64,000 nt of DNA from an uncultured Clostridia bacterium (GCA_934254835.1 CAKQMI010000002.1:10240-74239), one strand, 5' to 3'; counted from the first letter of the stretch, positions 25,383 to 36,759 are shown. Numbers and translations: made by a program. The notes: generated from the letters alone by a model not told the origin.

Positions 25383-26030
25383 ATGTCGTTTTGCAATACC
25401 CTAAAACCCGACAGGACGCCCGGACCGATTTCCGGCAATCCACTGCATAATCTGTGCGAGCGTGCCTGCATACAAGTCAGAAAAGTCTTTGACGCGTGTA
25501 TCAATCAGTCGTCACTTGAAAACTACGGCGTGACGATCACAAATCCCACGCCCGCAAACTATGCCACTCCTCTGACTTTCGTGTCCGCCGCTTCGACGTC
25601 GGCAGTCGGGACGATTTCCAACCTTATCGTCACCCCGCTGTCGGGCGATAATCCCCACAACTCGCGCGTGCAGGCAACGATAACTATCCCCATCGAGGTG
25701 ATTTTCGTCGACGCCAACAACGTCGAAGGCAGAGGCGTTGCGGAAATAGTCGTCAACGAGGACGTCATCATGTGCTTCCCCGACAACTCGGTTATCCCCG
25801 TCGAGATTGCGTCGACCGTCAACGCGGTGTCCCCGCAAGGCGAATGGACGGAAGGACTTTCCTTTTCAATCACTTGTTGCGTGACCGTCGTCTTAAAAGC
25901 CGAGGCGGAAGTCGAACTTTTGGTGCCGTCGTACGGCTATTGCTACATACCGCCTTGTCAGGCGTATACGCAGGAAGTTTGCACGGGTGTTTTCGACCTG
26001 CCGTTGTTTCCGACGTCCGTCACGAGATAA
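25383..26030 (+). CDS. Hypothetical 215-aa cysteine-containing protein, possibly a spore coat or other structural protein
   Basis: ATG at 25383 preceded by GGAGGTG. The track ORF starts earlier, at 25242, with no SD. LCERACIQVRKVFDAC recalls the CxxxxVxKIxxxQ-type N-termini of CotY/CotZ-like coat proteins. T/V/S/P-rich and beta-rich. No enzyme motif was seen. Confidence 0.55.
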   Translation: MSFCNTLKPDRTPGPISGNPLHNLCERACIQVRKVFDACINQSSLENYGVTITNPTPANYATPLTFVSAASTSAVGTISNLIVTPLSGDNPHNSRVQATITIPIEVIFVDANNVEGRGVAEIVVNEDVIMCFPDNSVIPVEIASTVNAVSPQGEWTEGLSFSITCCVTVVLKAEAEVELLVPSYGYCYIPPCQAYTQEVCTGVFDLPLFPTSVTR

Positions 26031-26053
26031 CGCCAAAGTTTTCACAAAACAAT

Positions 26054-26088
26054 GAACGGACGCAATTCATTTTGCGTCCGTTCTTTTT
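26054..26088 (+). terminator. Rho-independent terminator, possibly bidirectional
   Basis: GAACGGACGCAA-TTCATT-TTGCGTCCGTTC followed by TTTTT. It lies between convergent genes. Confidence 0.75.
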
Positions 26089-26148
26089 CAAAAATTTTGT
26101 CGATTTATTTGGAAATACTATGAAAAACGGCTTATTTTAGAATACTTC

Positions 26149-26739
26149 CTACACATTTTCAAGGATTTGAGCAATTCTTTCGAGGATTTCGCTCTTTCCC
26201 GTTTTTTCGCTGGACGACACCGCATAGATGTTATCCACCCCTATTCCCACCTTTGTGGCGATGTTTTGCAACGACTTTTTTTGTTGCATTTTCGACAATT
26301 TATCGGCTTTCGTTGCGATTACCGAAAACTGGAAATTGTAGTGGAAAAGGTAATTTATCATCTGCATATCGTCCTTTGTAGGATCGTGACGAATGTCCAA
26401 AAGCACGAAAACGTGCACAAGATTTTGACCGTTTTCAAAGTACCCTTCAATCATCGGTCCCCACTTTGCCTTTTCCTCTTTGCTGACTTTTGCATAGCCG
26501 TATCCCGGCAAATCCACAAAGTAAAACTCACCGCCGTTGATTTCAAAAAAGTTGATAAGCCTTGTGCGACCGGGATCCGACGACGTCCTTGCAAGCCTGT
26601 TTTGGTTGACCATAAAATTGATGAACGACGACTTGCCGACGTTGGACTTCCCTACAATGGCGATTTCGGGCGCGTCGAATGACGGGATTGCCCTCCCGTT
26701 GGAAACCGACTGAATGAATTTTGCGCTTTTAATTTCCAT
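26149..26739 (-). CDS. engB: Ribosome biogenesis GTPase YsxC/EngB
   Basis: 196 aa. [12 protein letters not shown] (G1), DLPGYGYA (G3) and TKADK (G4). Conserved position after lon. Confidence 0.92.
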   Translation of the reverse strand: MEIKSAKFIQSVSNGRAIPSFDAPEIAIVGKSNVGKSSFINFMVNQNRLARTSSDPGRTRLINFFEINGGEFYFVDLPGYGYAKVSKEEKAKWGPMIEGYFENGQNLVHVFVLLDIRHDPTKDDMQMINYLFHYNFQFSVIATKADKLSKMQQKKSLQNIATKVGIGVDNIYAVSSSEKTGKSEILERIAQILENV

Positions 26740-26741
26740 AA

Positions 26742-29036
26742 TTATTTCTCGATTGCCGTCTCGAAAACTTCCGACACGTTTTGTACGGGCAAAAATTTCA
26801 ACCCTTTTTTGACGCTTTCGGGAATTTCCGCAAGGTCTTTTACGTTGTCAACGGGGATCAAAACGACTTTTATTCCCGCGCGCATGGCGGCAAGCGTCTT
26901 TTCTTTCAGCCCGCCGATGGGCAACACTTTCCCGCGCAGAGTGATTTCACCCGTCATCGCGACGTCGTTTCTGACGCCCTTCCCGGTGAGCGCGGACAGC
27001 ACCGCCGTTGCAATGGTAATTCCTGCGGACGGTCCGTCTTTGGGGATTGCGCCCTCGGGGACGTGAATGTGGATATCCTTGTCCTTGAACGCACTTTCGG
27101 GAATATCGTAGTCGTCGGCGTGCGCGTGGATATAACTTATCGCCGTCCTTGCGCTTTCTTTCATAACGTCGCCGAGATGACCTGTCAAAAGTATCTCGCC
27201 CTTTCCGTTGACGATTGAAACCTCGATTGTCAAAATTTCACCGCCGACGGCAGTCCAAGCAAGCCCCGTCGCGCTTCCTACCTCGCTATGTTCGGGTTTT
27301 TCGTTTTCAAGATATTTTTCAACACCCAAAAATTCTTTGACGTTGTCCTTGGTCACGACGATTTTTTCGGGCGCGCTTCCCGACACGATTTGCACAGCGA
27401 CTTTTCTCATGACGTTGGCAATTTCTTTTTCAAGTCCCCTCACACCGCTTTCACGGGTATAAGCGTAAATGATTTTTTCGATGCCGTCGTCGGTAAAGGT
27501 TAATCTGTCGTTTGTGATGCCGTGCGCTTTCAGTTGTTTTTCGATGAGGTGTTTTTTGGCGATTTGCACCTTTTCTTCGGGCGTATAACCGCTCATTTCG
27601 ATGATTTCCATACGGTCGAACAACGGCGCGGGGATTGCGTCGGGGTTGTTGGCGGTCGTGATGAAAATCACCTTGGACAAATCGAACGGAATTTCGAGAT
27701 AGTTGTCGCGAAAAGCGTTGTTTTGCTCGGGATCCAGCACTTCAAGGAGCGCGCTGGACGGATCGCCCTTAAAATCGGACGCGAGTTTGTCGATTTCGTC
27801 CATCAAAAACACGGGGTTCATCGTGCCGGCAATACGGATATTGCTGATAATTCGTCCCGGCATTGCGCCGACGTAAGTTTTGCGATGTCCGCGAATTTCC
27901 GCCTCGTCGCGGATACCGCCGAGGCTCATTCTGACGTATTTTCTGTTCAACGCCCTTGCAATGCTTCGGACAATCGACGTTTTGCCGACGCCCGGAGGTC
28001 CGACCAAACAAATAATCGGCTCGCGTTTCTCGTCGGTGAGTTGTCTGACCGCCAGAAATTCCAGTATTCTTTCCTTTATTTTTTCAAGCCCGTAGTGGTC
28101 CTCGTCCAAGATTTTTTTGGCGTTTTCGATGTCGTTGTTGTCCTCGCTCTCGACGCCCCACGGCAAGTCGAAAACAAAGTCGAAATAATTCCTCGAAATG
28201 GCATAATCGGGGCTTGAAGTGGGCATTTTTGCGTTGCGCTCGATGTCCTTTTTCAGTTTTTTCTTGCTTTCATCGGGAATGGGCAACTTGTCCGCTTTCA
28301 ACATTAAATCGTCGTCGTCCTCGTCGCCGAGTTCCTCCTGAATTGCTTTTATTTGCTCGCGAAGGTAGTATTCTTTCTGACCTTTGTCGATACTTTCGCG
28401 TACTTTTCGATTGATTTTCTTTTCGATTTTGGCGATTTCGAGTTCCTCTTCCAAAAAGTCCAACAGTTCGTCGTACTTTTCGATGACGTCGTCGATTTCC
28501 AAAAATCCCTGTCTGTCGGGGATATCCATAAGATGCGCCGTGCGGTACAAAAACGCCACGGGTTCTTCGGTTTCGCTCAGGATATTAAAGACGTCTTTCG
28601 TTGCCCGCTCGCCCACGAAATAATGCTCCTCGACGACGGACATACATTTTCTTCTGTACGCTTTCGCCTCGAGAGTGCGCGCGTGCAATTCTTTCATCGG
28701 CTCGTAAGAGGCAACGAAAAAATCGGGGTTATCGACGTAACCCGTAATTTTGACTTTTTTGATGCCGTCCACGATAATTCTCAGAGTTTCGCCACCGCCG
28801 GAGATGACCTGAACGACGCGAGCAAGCACGCCGACCGTGTTGATTCCGTCCGTACCGGGATTGCTTTCGTCGGTGTTGATTTGACGACACAAAAGGATTT
28901 TTCCGTTTCTGTTTTTAACGGCGTCGGTAACCGCCGAGACAGATTTTTTCCTGCCGACGTCAAAATTTACCGTAGTATTTGGAAAAACCGTTAATCCCCT
29001 GAGGGGGATTAGCGGTAAATCAAAGTTTTTTTGCAT
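26742..29036 (-). CDS. lon: ATP-dependent protease Lon (LonA)
   Basis: 764 aa. [11 protein letters not shown] Walker A, and [14 protein letters not shown] containing the catalytic Ser. Confidence 0.96.
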   Translation of the reverse strand: MQKNFDLPLIPLRGLTVFPNTTVNFDVGRKKSVSAVTDAVKNRNGKILLCRQINTDESNPGTDGINTVGVLARVVQVISGGGETLRIIVDGIKKVKITGYVDNPDFFVASYEPMKELHARTLEAKAYRRKCMSVVEEHYFVGERATKDVFNILSETEEPVAFLYRTAHLMDIPDRQGFLEIDDVIEKYDELLDFLEEELEIAKIEKKINRKVRESIDKGQKEYYLREQIKAIQEELGDEDDDDLMLKADKLPIPDESKKKLKKDIERNAKMPTSSPDYAISRNYFDFVFDLPWGVESEDNNDIENAKKILDEDHYGLEKIKERILEFLAVRQLTDEKREPIICLVGPPGVGKTSIVRSIARALNRKYVRMSLGGIRDEAEIRGHRKTYVGAMPGRIISNIRIAGTMNPVFLMDEIDKLASDFKGDPSSALLEVLDPEQNNAFRDNYLEIPFDLSKVIFITTANNPDAIPAPLFDRMEIIEMSGYTPEEKVQIAKKHLIEKQLKAHGITNDRLTFTDDGIEKIIYAYTRESGVRGLEKEIANVMRKVAVQIVSGSAPEKIVVTKDNVKEFLGVEKYLENEKPEHSEVGSATGLAWTAVGGEILTIEVSIVNGKGEILLTGHLGDVMKESARTAISYIHAHADDYDIPESAFKDKDIHIHVPEGAIPKDGPSAGITIATAVLSALTGKGVRNDVAMTGEITLRGKVLPIGGLKEKTLAAMRAGIKVVLIPVDNVKDLAEIPESVKKGLKFLPVQNVSEVFETAIEK

Positions 29037-29048
29037 ATATGCTCCGTG

Positions 29049-30293
29049 TCAGGCGATCTTGCGTCTGACGATTTCCGCGGGTACGCCTTTTTCGACTGTA
29101 TCACCGCTTATGATGACTTTTTCGATTGATTTATCGCCGGGGATTTTGTACATTACGTCCAGCATAATTTGTTCCAAAATGGCACGCAGTCCCCTTGCGC
29201 CCGTCTTCAACGCGATGGCTTTTTTGGCGACCGCCGACAATGCGCTGTCGTCGAATACAAGTTCCACCCCGTCGAGTTTCAGCATTTTTTGATACTGCTT
29301 GACAAGCGAGTTTTTGGGCTCGGTCAAAATCCTGATGAGCGCGGATTCGTCCAGTTCGTCAATCGAAACGACAATGGGAAGTCTGCCGACGAATTCGGGA
29401 ATAAGACCGAATTTAATAAGGTCGTCGGGTTGAATATCCCTGATGATGTCGCTGTATTTTTTGTCCTTATCCTCTTTCAGCACCGAGTTGAAGCCCAAGG
29501 ACGAGTTGTCCGTGCGCTTGCCGATGATGCTGTCCAGCCCCACGAACGCTCCACCGCAAATAAACAGGATATTGGTTGTATCGATTTGGTACATTTCCTG
29601 CATGGGGTGTTTGCGCCCGCCCTGCGGAGGCACGTTGGCGACGGTGCTTTCGATGATTTTGAGCAACGCTTGTTGCACGCCTTCGCCGGACACGTCGCGA
29701 GTTATCGACACGTTTTCGCTCTTCCTTGCGATTTTGTCGATTTCGTCGATATAGATAATTCCCTGTTCGGCGCGCCTGATCTCGCCGTCGGCGGACTGGA
29801 TAAGTTTCAAAAGAATGTTTTCGACGTCTTCGCCGACATAGCCGGCTTCCGTCAAAGTCGTCGCATCGGCGACCGCAAACGGAACGTTGAGGATATCCGC
29901 AAGAGTGCGCGCAAGCAATGTCTTGCCACAGCCTGTGGGGCCAAGCAACAAGACGTTACTTTTGTCCAAAACGACGTCGTCATCGTCGGATCTTTTGTTA
30001 CTGCCGATCCTTTTGTAGTGGTTGTAAACAGCCACCGACAACACTTTTTTGGCGGAATCCTGACCGATGATATAGTCGTCAAGACGCGCTTTGATTTCCT
30101 CGGGCGTCGGCAATTTGAAAGAGTCGATATTCGGCGTATCGGCTTCGATATACTCCTTTTCGAGAATATCGTTGCACTCGTCGATGCACTCGTCGCAGAT
30201 GGTAACCCCGTTGGGGCCCGCGATGAGTTTCAACACTTCGTCCTCGCTTTTACCGCAGAAGGAACAATATTGTTTTACAGTTTTTTCTTCCAT
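29049..30293 (-). CDS. clpX: ATP-dependent Clp protease ATP-binding subunit ClpX
   Basis: 414 aa. N-terminal zinc finger [11 protein letters not shown]...[16 protein letters not shown] and the IGF-type loop LGFNS. Confidence 0.97.
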   Translation of the reverse strand: MEEKTVKQYCSFCGKSEDEVLKLIAGPNGVTICDECIDECNDILEKEYIEADTPNIDSFKLPTPEEIKARLDDYIIGQDSAKKVLSVAVYNHYKRIGSNKRSDDDDVVLDKSNVLLLGPTGCGKTLLARTLADILNVPFAVADATTLTEAGYVGEDVENILLKLIQSADGEIRRAEQGIIYIDEIDKIARKSENVSITRDVSGEGVQQALLKIIESTVANVPPQGGRKHPMQEMYQIDTTNILFICGGAFVGLDSIIGKRTDNSSLGFNSVLKEDKDKKYSDIIRDIQPDDLIKFGLIPEFVGRLPIVVSIDELDESALIRILTEPKNSLVKQYQKMLKLDGVELVFDDSALSAVAKKAIALKTGARGLRAILEQIMLDVMYKIPGDKSIEKVIISGDTVEKGVPAEIVRRKIA

Positions 30294-30299
30294 ATACTC

Positions 30300-30896
30300 C
30301 TAATTATGGCGGGGATATATAATTTTATCGACGATACCGTAAGCAAGAGCCTCTTCGGCGGACATAAAGTTGTCGCGGTCGGTATCGCGCTCGATAACGG
30401 AGATATCCTGCCCCGTCATTTCCGCGAGATATCTGTTCATTTTCTCTTTGGTTTTGGCGATGTGTTGCGCGGCAAGAATGATATCGCTTGCCTGACCTTG
30501 CGCGCCACCCAAAGGTTGGTGAATCATAATTTCGCTGTTGGGAAGCGCATAGCGTTTGCCCTTCGCGCCCGCTGCAAGCAGGAACGCACCCATCGACGCC
30601 GACAGACCGATTGAAATGGTGCTGACGTCGCATTTGATATAGTTCATCGTATCGAAAATCGCCATGCCGTCGGTGACACTGCCACCGGGGCTGTTGATGT
30701 ACAACGCGATATCCTTGTGAGGATCACGCGCCTCGAGATAGATAAGTTGAGCGATAATGTAGTTTGCAAGGTCGGTGTTGACTTCACCGCTCAAAAAAAT
30801 TATTCTGTCTTCGAGAAGCCTCGAAGCGAGGTCGTATTGACGCTCGCCCCTGTTGGTTTGCTCGACGACGCTAATCATTTTTTCATTAACGTTCAT
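30300..30896 (-). CDS. clpP: ATP-dependent Clp protease proteolytic subunit ClpP
   Basis: 198 aa. [14 protein letters not shown] (catalytic Ser) and MIHQPLGG (catalytic His). Confidence 0.97.
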   Translation of the reverse strand: MNVNEKMISVVEQTNRGERQYDLASRLLEDRIIFLSGEVNTDLANYIIAQLIYLEARDPHKDIALYINSPGGSVTDGMAIFDTMNYIKCDVSTISIGLSASMGAFLLAAGAKGKRYALPNSEIMIHQPLGGAQGQASDIILAAQHIAKTKEKMNRYLAEMTGQDISVIERDTDRDNFMSAEEALAYGIVDKIIYPRHN

Positions 30897-30952
30897 AAAA
30901 CTCTCCGAAATTATTTTATACTTTTTCCCGCTATATATTCGACAAGGAATAC

Positions 30953-32239
30953 TTACTTCGCGGGGTTGAGTTCCTTAAGTTTTGCCATAAGAGCGTCGGT
31001 GAGGCTTTGGTTCAGAAGATAGGTCAAATATCTCGGATCCATAGTCTTTTTGTACTCTTCGACGGACTTGTCCTGACCTTTTGCCATTTCTTCGATTTTC
31101 TTATTGACGGATTCTTCGTCGGGAAGAATGTTTTCGGCTTTGATGACAGCCTCGAGGACAAGACGAATCTTTACGTTTCTTTCGGCGGCCTCGCGATAGT
31201 CTTCTGCCATCTTTTCGCGCGTGATGCCCGAGAATTTAAGATAATCGTCCAACTTCATACCTTGGTACATAAGACGATATTCAAACTCTTTGATCATCTC
31301 GTCAACTTCGTCGGCGACCATGCACTCGGGCACTTCGACCTCGGCGTTTTTGACGATGGCTTCGACGCGTTTGTTTTCTTCGCTGATTTCGGCGCGTTCT
31401 TCGGCTTGCTTCACAAGACCTGCTTTGATGTCCTCTTTGTAAGCGTCAAGAGTGTCGAATTCCGAGACGTCTTTTGCGAAATCGTCGTTAAGTTCGGGCA
31501 GTTCCTTGACCTTGATTGCGTTGAGCGTGACAGTGAAAACTGCCTCTTTGCCCGCAAGATTGTCGGCGTACTCTTTGGGGAATGTGACGGTGATATCTTT
31601 CGTCTCGCCCTTCTTCATGCCTGCAACGCCTTCTTCAAAACCGGGGATAAAGGTTTTGCTTCCAAGTTCCAAATCATAGTCTTTGCCCGCTCCGCCCTCG
31701 AATTTGACGCCGTCGACAGCGCCTTCGAAATCGATATTGCAGATATCGCCTTTTTTGGCTTTTCTGACCTTTTCGATCTCAACGATACGAGCAGACTTGT
31801 CTTGCGCAAGCAAAAGTTCAGCCTGGACTTGGTCGTCGGTGACTTCGACTTTTTCTTTTGCGACTTTGATGCCCTTGTATTTGCCGAGTTTGACCTCGGG
31901 TTGGACGGTGATGGTGACCGCGAATTTCACTGATGCGGGGCTAACGTCCAAAATGTCCGCTTCGGGACGGCTGACCGGCTCGACCGTGGGTTCTTTCTCA
32001 AGCGCTTCTTCAAAGTACTTGGGAAGAATGATGTCCAAAGCGTCGTTCAAAAACACGTCTTTGCCGAATTCGGCCTCAAGCACCTTGCGGGGCACTTTGC
32101 CGGGACGGAAGCCTTCAAGTTTATATTTGCTTTTGTTCTTGTTGTAAGCTTCTTGGATAGCCGATTCTACTTCGGCTTCGTTGATTTCGATTGTAAATTT
32201 TACTTGACTTTTTTCAAGTTTTTCGAGTGTGTAGTTCAT
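30953..32239 (-). CDS. tig: Trigger factor
   Basis: Start set at ATG 32239, preceded by [24 protein letters not shown]..., the GFRPGKVP ribosome-binding motif and a central FKBP-type domain. The track ORF extends 29 codons further upstream. Confidence 0.93.
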   Translation of the reverse strand: MNYTLEKLEKSQVKFTIEINEAEVESAIQEAYNKNKSKYKLEGFRPGKVPRKVLEAEFGKDVFLNDALDIILPKYFEEALEKEPTVEPVSRPEADILDVSPASVKFAVTITVQPEVKLGKYKGIKVAKEKVEVTDDQVQAELLLAQDKSARIVEIEKVRKAKKGDICNIDFEGAVDGVKFEGGAGKDYDLELGSKTFIPGFEEGVAGMKKGETKDITVTFPKEYADNLAGKEAVFTVTLNAIKVKELPELNDDFAKDVSEFDTLDAYKEDIKAGLVKQAEERAEISEENKRVEAIVKNAEVEVPECMVADEVDEMIKEFEYRLMYQGMKLDDYLKFSGITREKMAEDYREAAERNVKIRLVLEAVIKAENILPDEESVNKKIEEMAKGQDKSVEEYKKTMDPRYLTYLLNQSLTDALMAKLKELNPAK

Positions 32240-32407
32240 AAAACCTCCAAATATTGCTACCGTAAGCCTTACTAATATAACATATATATAATTATTTTGC
32301 AATATAAAATCCCTATTTTCACTCATTGATTTTGTCGATTTTTGTCATTTTTTGTTAATATTTGTCACACGCTTGAAAATAAATCGCCGATACGCTATAC
32401 TTTTTGT

Positions 32408-34108
32408 ATGCCACAAGACCTTTTAACGCTAAAATCGTTGCAAAAAGAACTGAAATCACTGCTTAACGGCGGTAAGATACAAAAAATCAACCAGCCCGAA
32501 AAAGACGAGGTACGCTTCGTCGTGTATTCGGGTGGGACTTCGTACGTCCTCGTTGCGTCGGCAAACCCCAACACCGCAAGGATTCATATCGCCTACGACA
32601 AAAAAGAAAATCCTTATTCCGCCCCCGCCTTTTGCATGCTTTTGAGAAAGCATCTGCTCGGCGCGACGATTAAGGATATTTCCATATTAAACGACGACCG
32701 CGTTTTCAAAATCTCGCTCTCGGCACGCACCGAAATGCAGGACGTCAAAGACTTTTTCCTTATCGTCGAATTGATGGGACGATACAGCAACGTCATACTT
32801 TTGGACGAAAAGGAAATCGTGCTGGACGCGATAGTCAGAATCGGCGTCAGCGAAAAAGGCAGACGCGTCATTATGCCCGGGGTGAAATATACCCCGCAAT
32901 CGAAAGGCGACAAGGCGGAACTTTACGATTCAAACGGCATAAAAACCCGCCTCGAAACTTCCGACAAACCAACCCTTTACGACGCACTTTTGTCGTCGGT
33001 CAACGGACTGTCGAAGCAAAGCGCAAAAGAGATTTCGTGGCGAGCGAACGACGCCGAAAACCCTGTGGAAAAAGCCGTGCAAGAAATTACATTTTTGGAC
33101 GATATTTTTGGAAAATCCGCATTCAAACCGTGTGTTTTGAAAGATTATTCAGACTTTTTTGTCACACCGTATTTGTCGCTCGCAAGCGAAAACGACTTTA
33201 TTTTCTTACCCACTTTGAACGGAGCGGTCAACGCTTGTTTCACCCTTTCCGACAAGGCTCAACGCGAAAAAAATTACTTCAAAGACGTCGTCGTTTTGAC
33301 CAAAAGACACCGCGATAAACTCTTGAAAAAAATCGAGATTGCGCACGAAAAACTCGTCGAGTGCGACGACATGGAAAACGTCAGAATTTCTGCCGAACTT
33401 CTTTCAAACAATCTTTATAAAGTAAATCGTGGCGACGCGTCAGTCACCGTCGAAAACTACTATGACGATATGCGCCCCCTCACGATAAACCTTGACGTCA
33501 CGAAGACGCCCGGGCAAAACGTACAACACCTTTTTAACAAGTATAATAAGCTGAAGCGCGCAAAGGAAATCTCGCATCGACAAATCGAGGAATACCAAAA
33601 AGAACTGGACTACGTCAACTCAATTATCGACGCCCTCTCCCGTGCCGAACTTTCGGACGCCGAAAACATAAAAGAGGAACTCGTCGCCCTCAAAATCATC
33701 AAAAAACAAGGCGGAAATCAGCGCAAAAAATCCGTAGTAAAATCCGCGCCGAAGACTTATGAAGTTGACGGATTTACAATCTACGTCGGCACCAACAATA
33801 TATTGAACAACGAGGTTACTTTCAAAATCGGCAGGTCGTTCGACGTGTGGCTACATGTCAAAAATCACCACGGAAGTCACGTAATTATCAGAAAAAACAA
33901 CGAAAACGACGCAATTCCCGACTCGGTTTTGTCATCTGCCGCAGAAACCGCCGCATACTTTTCAGAGGCTTCGAACTCCGAAAACGTCGCGGTTGACTAC
34001 ACCGAACGCCGAAACGTCCGCCGCATCAAAGACGCCGGTCTCGGCATGGTAAATTACGACGACTACAAAACGATTTTCGTCACCCCGAAAAACAATCTGA
34101 AAAAATAA
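32408..34108 (+). CDS. rqcH: Ribosome quality control protein RqcH (NFACT / FbpA family)
   Basis: 567 aa from ATG 32408. N-terminal NFACT-N (KIQKINQPEKDEVRF, ELMGRYSNVILLDE) and C-terminal NFACT-R (WLHVKNHHGSHVIIR). Confidence 0.88.
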   Translation: MPQDLLTLKSLQKELKSLLNGGKIQKINQPEKDEVRFVVYSGGTSYVLVASANPNTARIHIAYDKKENPYSAPAFCMLLRKHLLGATIKDISILNDDRVFKISLSARTEMQDVKDFFLIVELMGRYSNVILLDEKEIVLDAIVRIGVSEKGRRVIMPGVKYTPQSKGDKAELYDSNGIKTRLETSDKPTLYDALLSSVNGLSKQSAKEISWRANDAENPVEKAVQEITFLDDIFGKSAFKPCVLKDYSDFFVTPYLSLASENDFIFLPTLNGAVNACFTLSDKAQREKNYFKDVVVLTKRHRDKLLKKIEIAHEKLVECDDMENVRISAELLSNNLYKVNRGDASVTVENYYDDMRPLTINLDVTKTPGQNVQHLFNKYNKLKRAKEISHRQIEEYQKELDYVNSIIDALSRAELSDAENIKEELVALKIIKKQGGNQRKKSVVKSAPKTYEVDGFTIYVGTNNILNNEVTFKIGRSFDVWLHVKNHHGSHVIIRKNNENDAIPDSVLSSAAETAAYFSEASNSENVAVDYTERRNVRRIKDAGLGMVNYDDYKTIFVTPKNNLKK

Positions 34109-34146
34109 CCGTCAACAACATTCTGCCTGAATTTTCCCAACAAAAA

Positions 34147-34170
34147 ACCGTCCTTGCGGACGGTGTTTTT
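34147..34170. terminator. Short hairpin terminator between convergent genes
   Basis: ACCGTCC-TTGC-GGACGGT followed by GTTTTT on the plus strand, with an A-run on the other side. Confidence 0.6.
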
Positions 34171-34181
34171 GATTTTGTCGA

Positions 34182-34541
34182 TTATTTTCCGCTGGCTTGC
34201 TTTGCGTAGTTGGCGATGTCGACAATCATCGGAATAAGGACGAATGCGTACGCAACCACAACACTCAGCCAATAGCAGATTTTGACGCCCTTGCCCTTGT
34301 TTTTGACAAAGCCGACGCTCACTATCGTGAAAACCGTGTAGGTCAGAAGACCTACGATGCCTTGCAGGATAACGGGTACGAGTTGATACCACGCTGTGAT
34401 TTCCTTGTTGTTGGCGATGCCCAGCGCAAAGTTGACGATCATGGTAATCGCGCCGATAACAAGAACGATAAACGCCATAAGCCCCAAAGTTTGCTTACCG
34501 CCGGATACTCTCTCCTCGTCTTCGTTGTCAGTTTTGAACAT
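34182..34541 (-). CDS. Small membrane protein (119 aa, 3-4 TM helices), function unknown
   Basis: ATG start, and hydrophobic segments LGLMAFIVLVIGAITMIVNFALG, VPVILQGIVGLLTYTVFTIVSVGF and YWLSVVVAYAFVLIPMIV. Confidence 0.6.
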   Translation of the reverse strand: MFKTDNEDEERVSGGKQTLGLMAFIVLVIGAITMIVNFALGIANNKEITAWYQLVPVILQGIVGLLTYTVFTIVSVGFVKNKGKGVKICYWLSVVVAYAFVLIPMIVDIANYAKQASGK

Positions 34542-34599
34542 AGTTGTATATTCTCCTTAAAGTTATTCGTAGTATATGTAGCGTCGCTACCCTTTAATG

Positions 34600-35511
34600 C
34601 TAACTTCTTTTTTCAAGAATGTCAAGTACCCCTTTGAAATAATCGGGAAGCGGAGCGGTAAAAGTCATTACTTCCCCGGTTTTCGGATGAGTCAGCACAA
34701 GTTTATAGGCGTGCAGGAGTTGACCGTTCAGTTTGAACTCGTTACTGCCACCGTAAACCGTGTCGCCGACGACGGGGTGGTGCATAAACTTTGCGTGCAC
34801 TCTTATTTGATGTGTGCGCCCTGTCTTCAGCTCGAACTCGCAATAGGTGTATCTTGAAAACCTCTTTAATACGGTGAAATGAGTTTCGGCGTTTCTGCCG
34901 TCCTGAACAACCGCCATTTTTTTGCGGTCGGAGTGACTGCGTCCGACGGGTTCGTCGATGACGCCCGAGTCCTCTTTGACGTTGCCATCCAACAGCGCGA
35001 CGTAAAACCTTTTCGCGTCCTTTTTTTGGATTTGCGATTGCAGATTTTTGTGCGCCTCGTCGTTTTTTGCGACAACGAGAAGTCCCGACGTGTCTTTGTC
35101 GAGCCTGTGCACAATCCCGGGACGCACGACGCCGTTTATCGCGCTGAGCGACGAAAGGTTGTATAAAAGCGCGTTGACGAGCGTTCCGTTTTCACTTCCG
35201 CACGCGGGGTGCACAACCATGCCTTGCGGTTTATTGATGACGGCGATATCGTCGTCCTCGTAAATAATATCGATGGGGATATTTTCGGGTGCGAGCGACA
35301 AAGTTTTGGGCGACGGCAAATTAAAAACGACTTTGTCGTTTTCCTTTAATGACGCGCCCGCTTTTTCTTTTTTGCCGTTGACGGTCGCACCGCCCTCTTC
35401 GATTATCGTTTTAACGTGACTTCTGGAAACGTCCTGAAGATTTTTTTGCAAAAACCTGTCCAGCCTTTCGCCCTTGTCTTCATTTGTCACGACAAACTCA
35501 TACGTTTTCAT
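34600..35511 (-). CDS. rluD: 23S rRNA pseudouridine synthase RluD
   Basis: 303 aa. S4 domain, HRLDKDTSGLLVVAK and GRTHQIRVH. Downstream of lspA, as in many Firmicutes. Confidence 0.9.
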   Translation of the reverse strand: MKTYEFVVTNEDKGERLDRFLQKNLQDVSRSHVKTIIEEGGATVNGKKEKAGASLKENDKVVFNLPSPKTLSLAPENIPIDIIYEDDDIAVINKPQGMVVHPACGSENGTLVNALLYNLSSLSAINGVVRPGIVHRLDKDTSGLLVVAKNDEAHKNLQSQIQKKDAKRFYVALLDGNVKEDSGVIDEPVGRSHSDRKKMAVVQDGRNAETHFTVLKRFSRYTYCEFELKTGRTHQIRVHAKFMHHPVVGDTVYGGSNEFKLNGQLLHAYKLVLTHPKTGEVMTFTAPLPDYFKGVLDILEKRS

Positions 35512-36136
35512 TTTCGTTCGTGCTTTGGACGGTGCCGTCGGGTATCGTCGGACTGTCCGTCGTTACGTCACGCTTGTTTATCGCGTCGTAAGGATACGCC
35601 GTGGGATAAGTCGCGTCAAGTTTTTCCTTTTCTTCCTGACGTTTTTTGATGTCCTTCGGCATAAAGAAAATGGCGTATATCGCAAAAAGTATCGTCGCGA
35701 CGGTCAAAAAACTGTCCGCCACGTTGAATGTCGCAAACTGTGGCCAAAAATCGAAATTGATGAAATCCCTGACGTAGCCGAAAACAATGCGGTCATAAAG
35801 GTTGCCGAGCCCGCCCGCAAGGATCAACACCAACAATACTCTGAAAAATTTGTTTTCCTTTTTGTTGAAAATCAGATAAAACAGCAATATAGAAAGCCCC
35901 ACCGCCGTGAAAGCGATGAGCGCGCCCGTTTTTCCCGTGAACGAGCCGAAAGTCGCGCCCGTGTTTTCGCTGTAAGAAAACGAGATGAAATTTCTTATAA
36001 ACTCGATATCGCCGTTTTTTTGAATTATGTCACCGTTTGGGGCGTGTCCGATCCCCAGCGCTTGTACGATGCCGTATTTACTGCCAAGGTCAAGCGCAAG
36101 CACCGCGATGACGATAAGAATTTCGTACCAAAACAT
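35498..36136 (-). CDS. lspA: Lipoprotein signal peptidase II (LspA) with a ~55-aa C-terminal extension
   Basis: 212 aa. Contains NTGATFG and GGLGNLYDRIVFGYVRDFINF motifs. Confidence 0.88.
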   Translation of the reverse strand: MFWYEILIVIAVLALDLGSKYGIVQALGIGHAPNGDIIQKNGDIEFIRNFISFSYSENTGATFGSFTGKTGALIAFTAVGLSILLFYLIFNKKENKFFRVLLVLILAGGLGNLYDRIVFGYVRDFINFDFWPQFATFNVADSFLTVATILFAIYAIFFMPKDIKKRQEEKEKLDATYPTAYPYDAINKRDVTTDSPTIPDGTVQSTNENENV

Positions 36137-36759
36137 CAGCGACGATTCCTTCTTTCTTCAATTGATTTTGCAATGTCACCGCCCGCCGATATCGACACAC
36201 CGTAAGGCGTCAGCAGGAATATCGTGCCGTTAATGCGTTGCATACTTCCGCCAAGCGCGTAAATCGCACCGCTTAAAAAGTCCAAAATGCGTTGACCGTC
36301 GTCGTCGCCGATACCTGCAAACTCGACAATTGCGGGTTCGTGCATGCGAAGGTGGTCGATAAGCGACTGTACGTCGCCGTAATTTTTGGGAGAATACAAA
36401 ACCACGTTGCCGATTGGCACGCTTTGGAATGCGGGATTTTGAGGCGCGGAGTATTGTTGCGGAGCGGGTTGTTGAGGCGGAACGAACTGCCCCGACGGCT
36501 GAGGAGTGCGGACGGGTTGTCCGATGGGAGGCAGAGTGCGATTGAGTCTTTCGTCGGTGGAGCGAGCCACGCTTTGGCGCGCGTCGTCCGAACGACGGTC
36601 AAAATATCCGCCGCCGGAGTATTGACGGTCAAAGTTGTTCCCCGCGCGGTCGTAATCGCCACGACGGTCGTAGGAATCGCGACGGTCGTAGGAATCGCGA
36701 CGGTCGTATCCGTCGTCCCTGTTCGATCCTCTTCTGTTGTTTCCGAAAAAGTCAGCCAT
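36136..36759 (-). CDS. sepF: Cell division protein SepF with a repeat-rich R/D/Y N-terminal extension
   Basis: The C-terminal 90 aa (VVLYSPKNYGDVQSLIDHLRMHEPAIVEF...DFLSGAIYALGGSMQRINGTIFLLTP) are the SepF domain. The N-terminus contains DSYDRR repeats, encoded by an 18-nt tandem repeat at 36662-36710. Confidence 0.85.
   Translation of the reverse strand: MADFFGNNRRGSNRDDGYDRRDSYDRRDSYDRRGDYDRAGNNFDRQYSGGGYFDRRSDDARQSVARSTDERLNRTLPPIGQPVRTPQPSGQFVPPQQPAPQQYSAPQNPAFQSVPIGNVVLYSPKNYGDVQSLIDHLRMHEPAIVEFAGIGDDDGQRILDFLSGAIYALGGSMQRINGTIFLLTPYGVSISAGGDIAKSIEERRNRR

Noticed and set aside
29169-30614. 481-aa plus-strand ORF, together with similar long antisense ORFs at 36923-38239, 45028-46353, 42191-43165, 27522-28217, 31007-31933, 57430-58479 and 14649-15629
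   Set aside because: Each one is antisense to a confidently identified conserved gene (clpX/clpP, yggS/SSB-like, icd, the WYL regulator, lon, tig, hydS, murA). Their translations are rich in R, V, F, D and H, as expected for reverse-complement frames. None has a motif or an SD.
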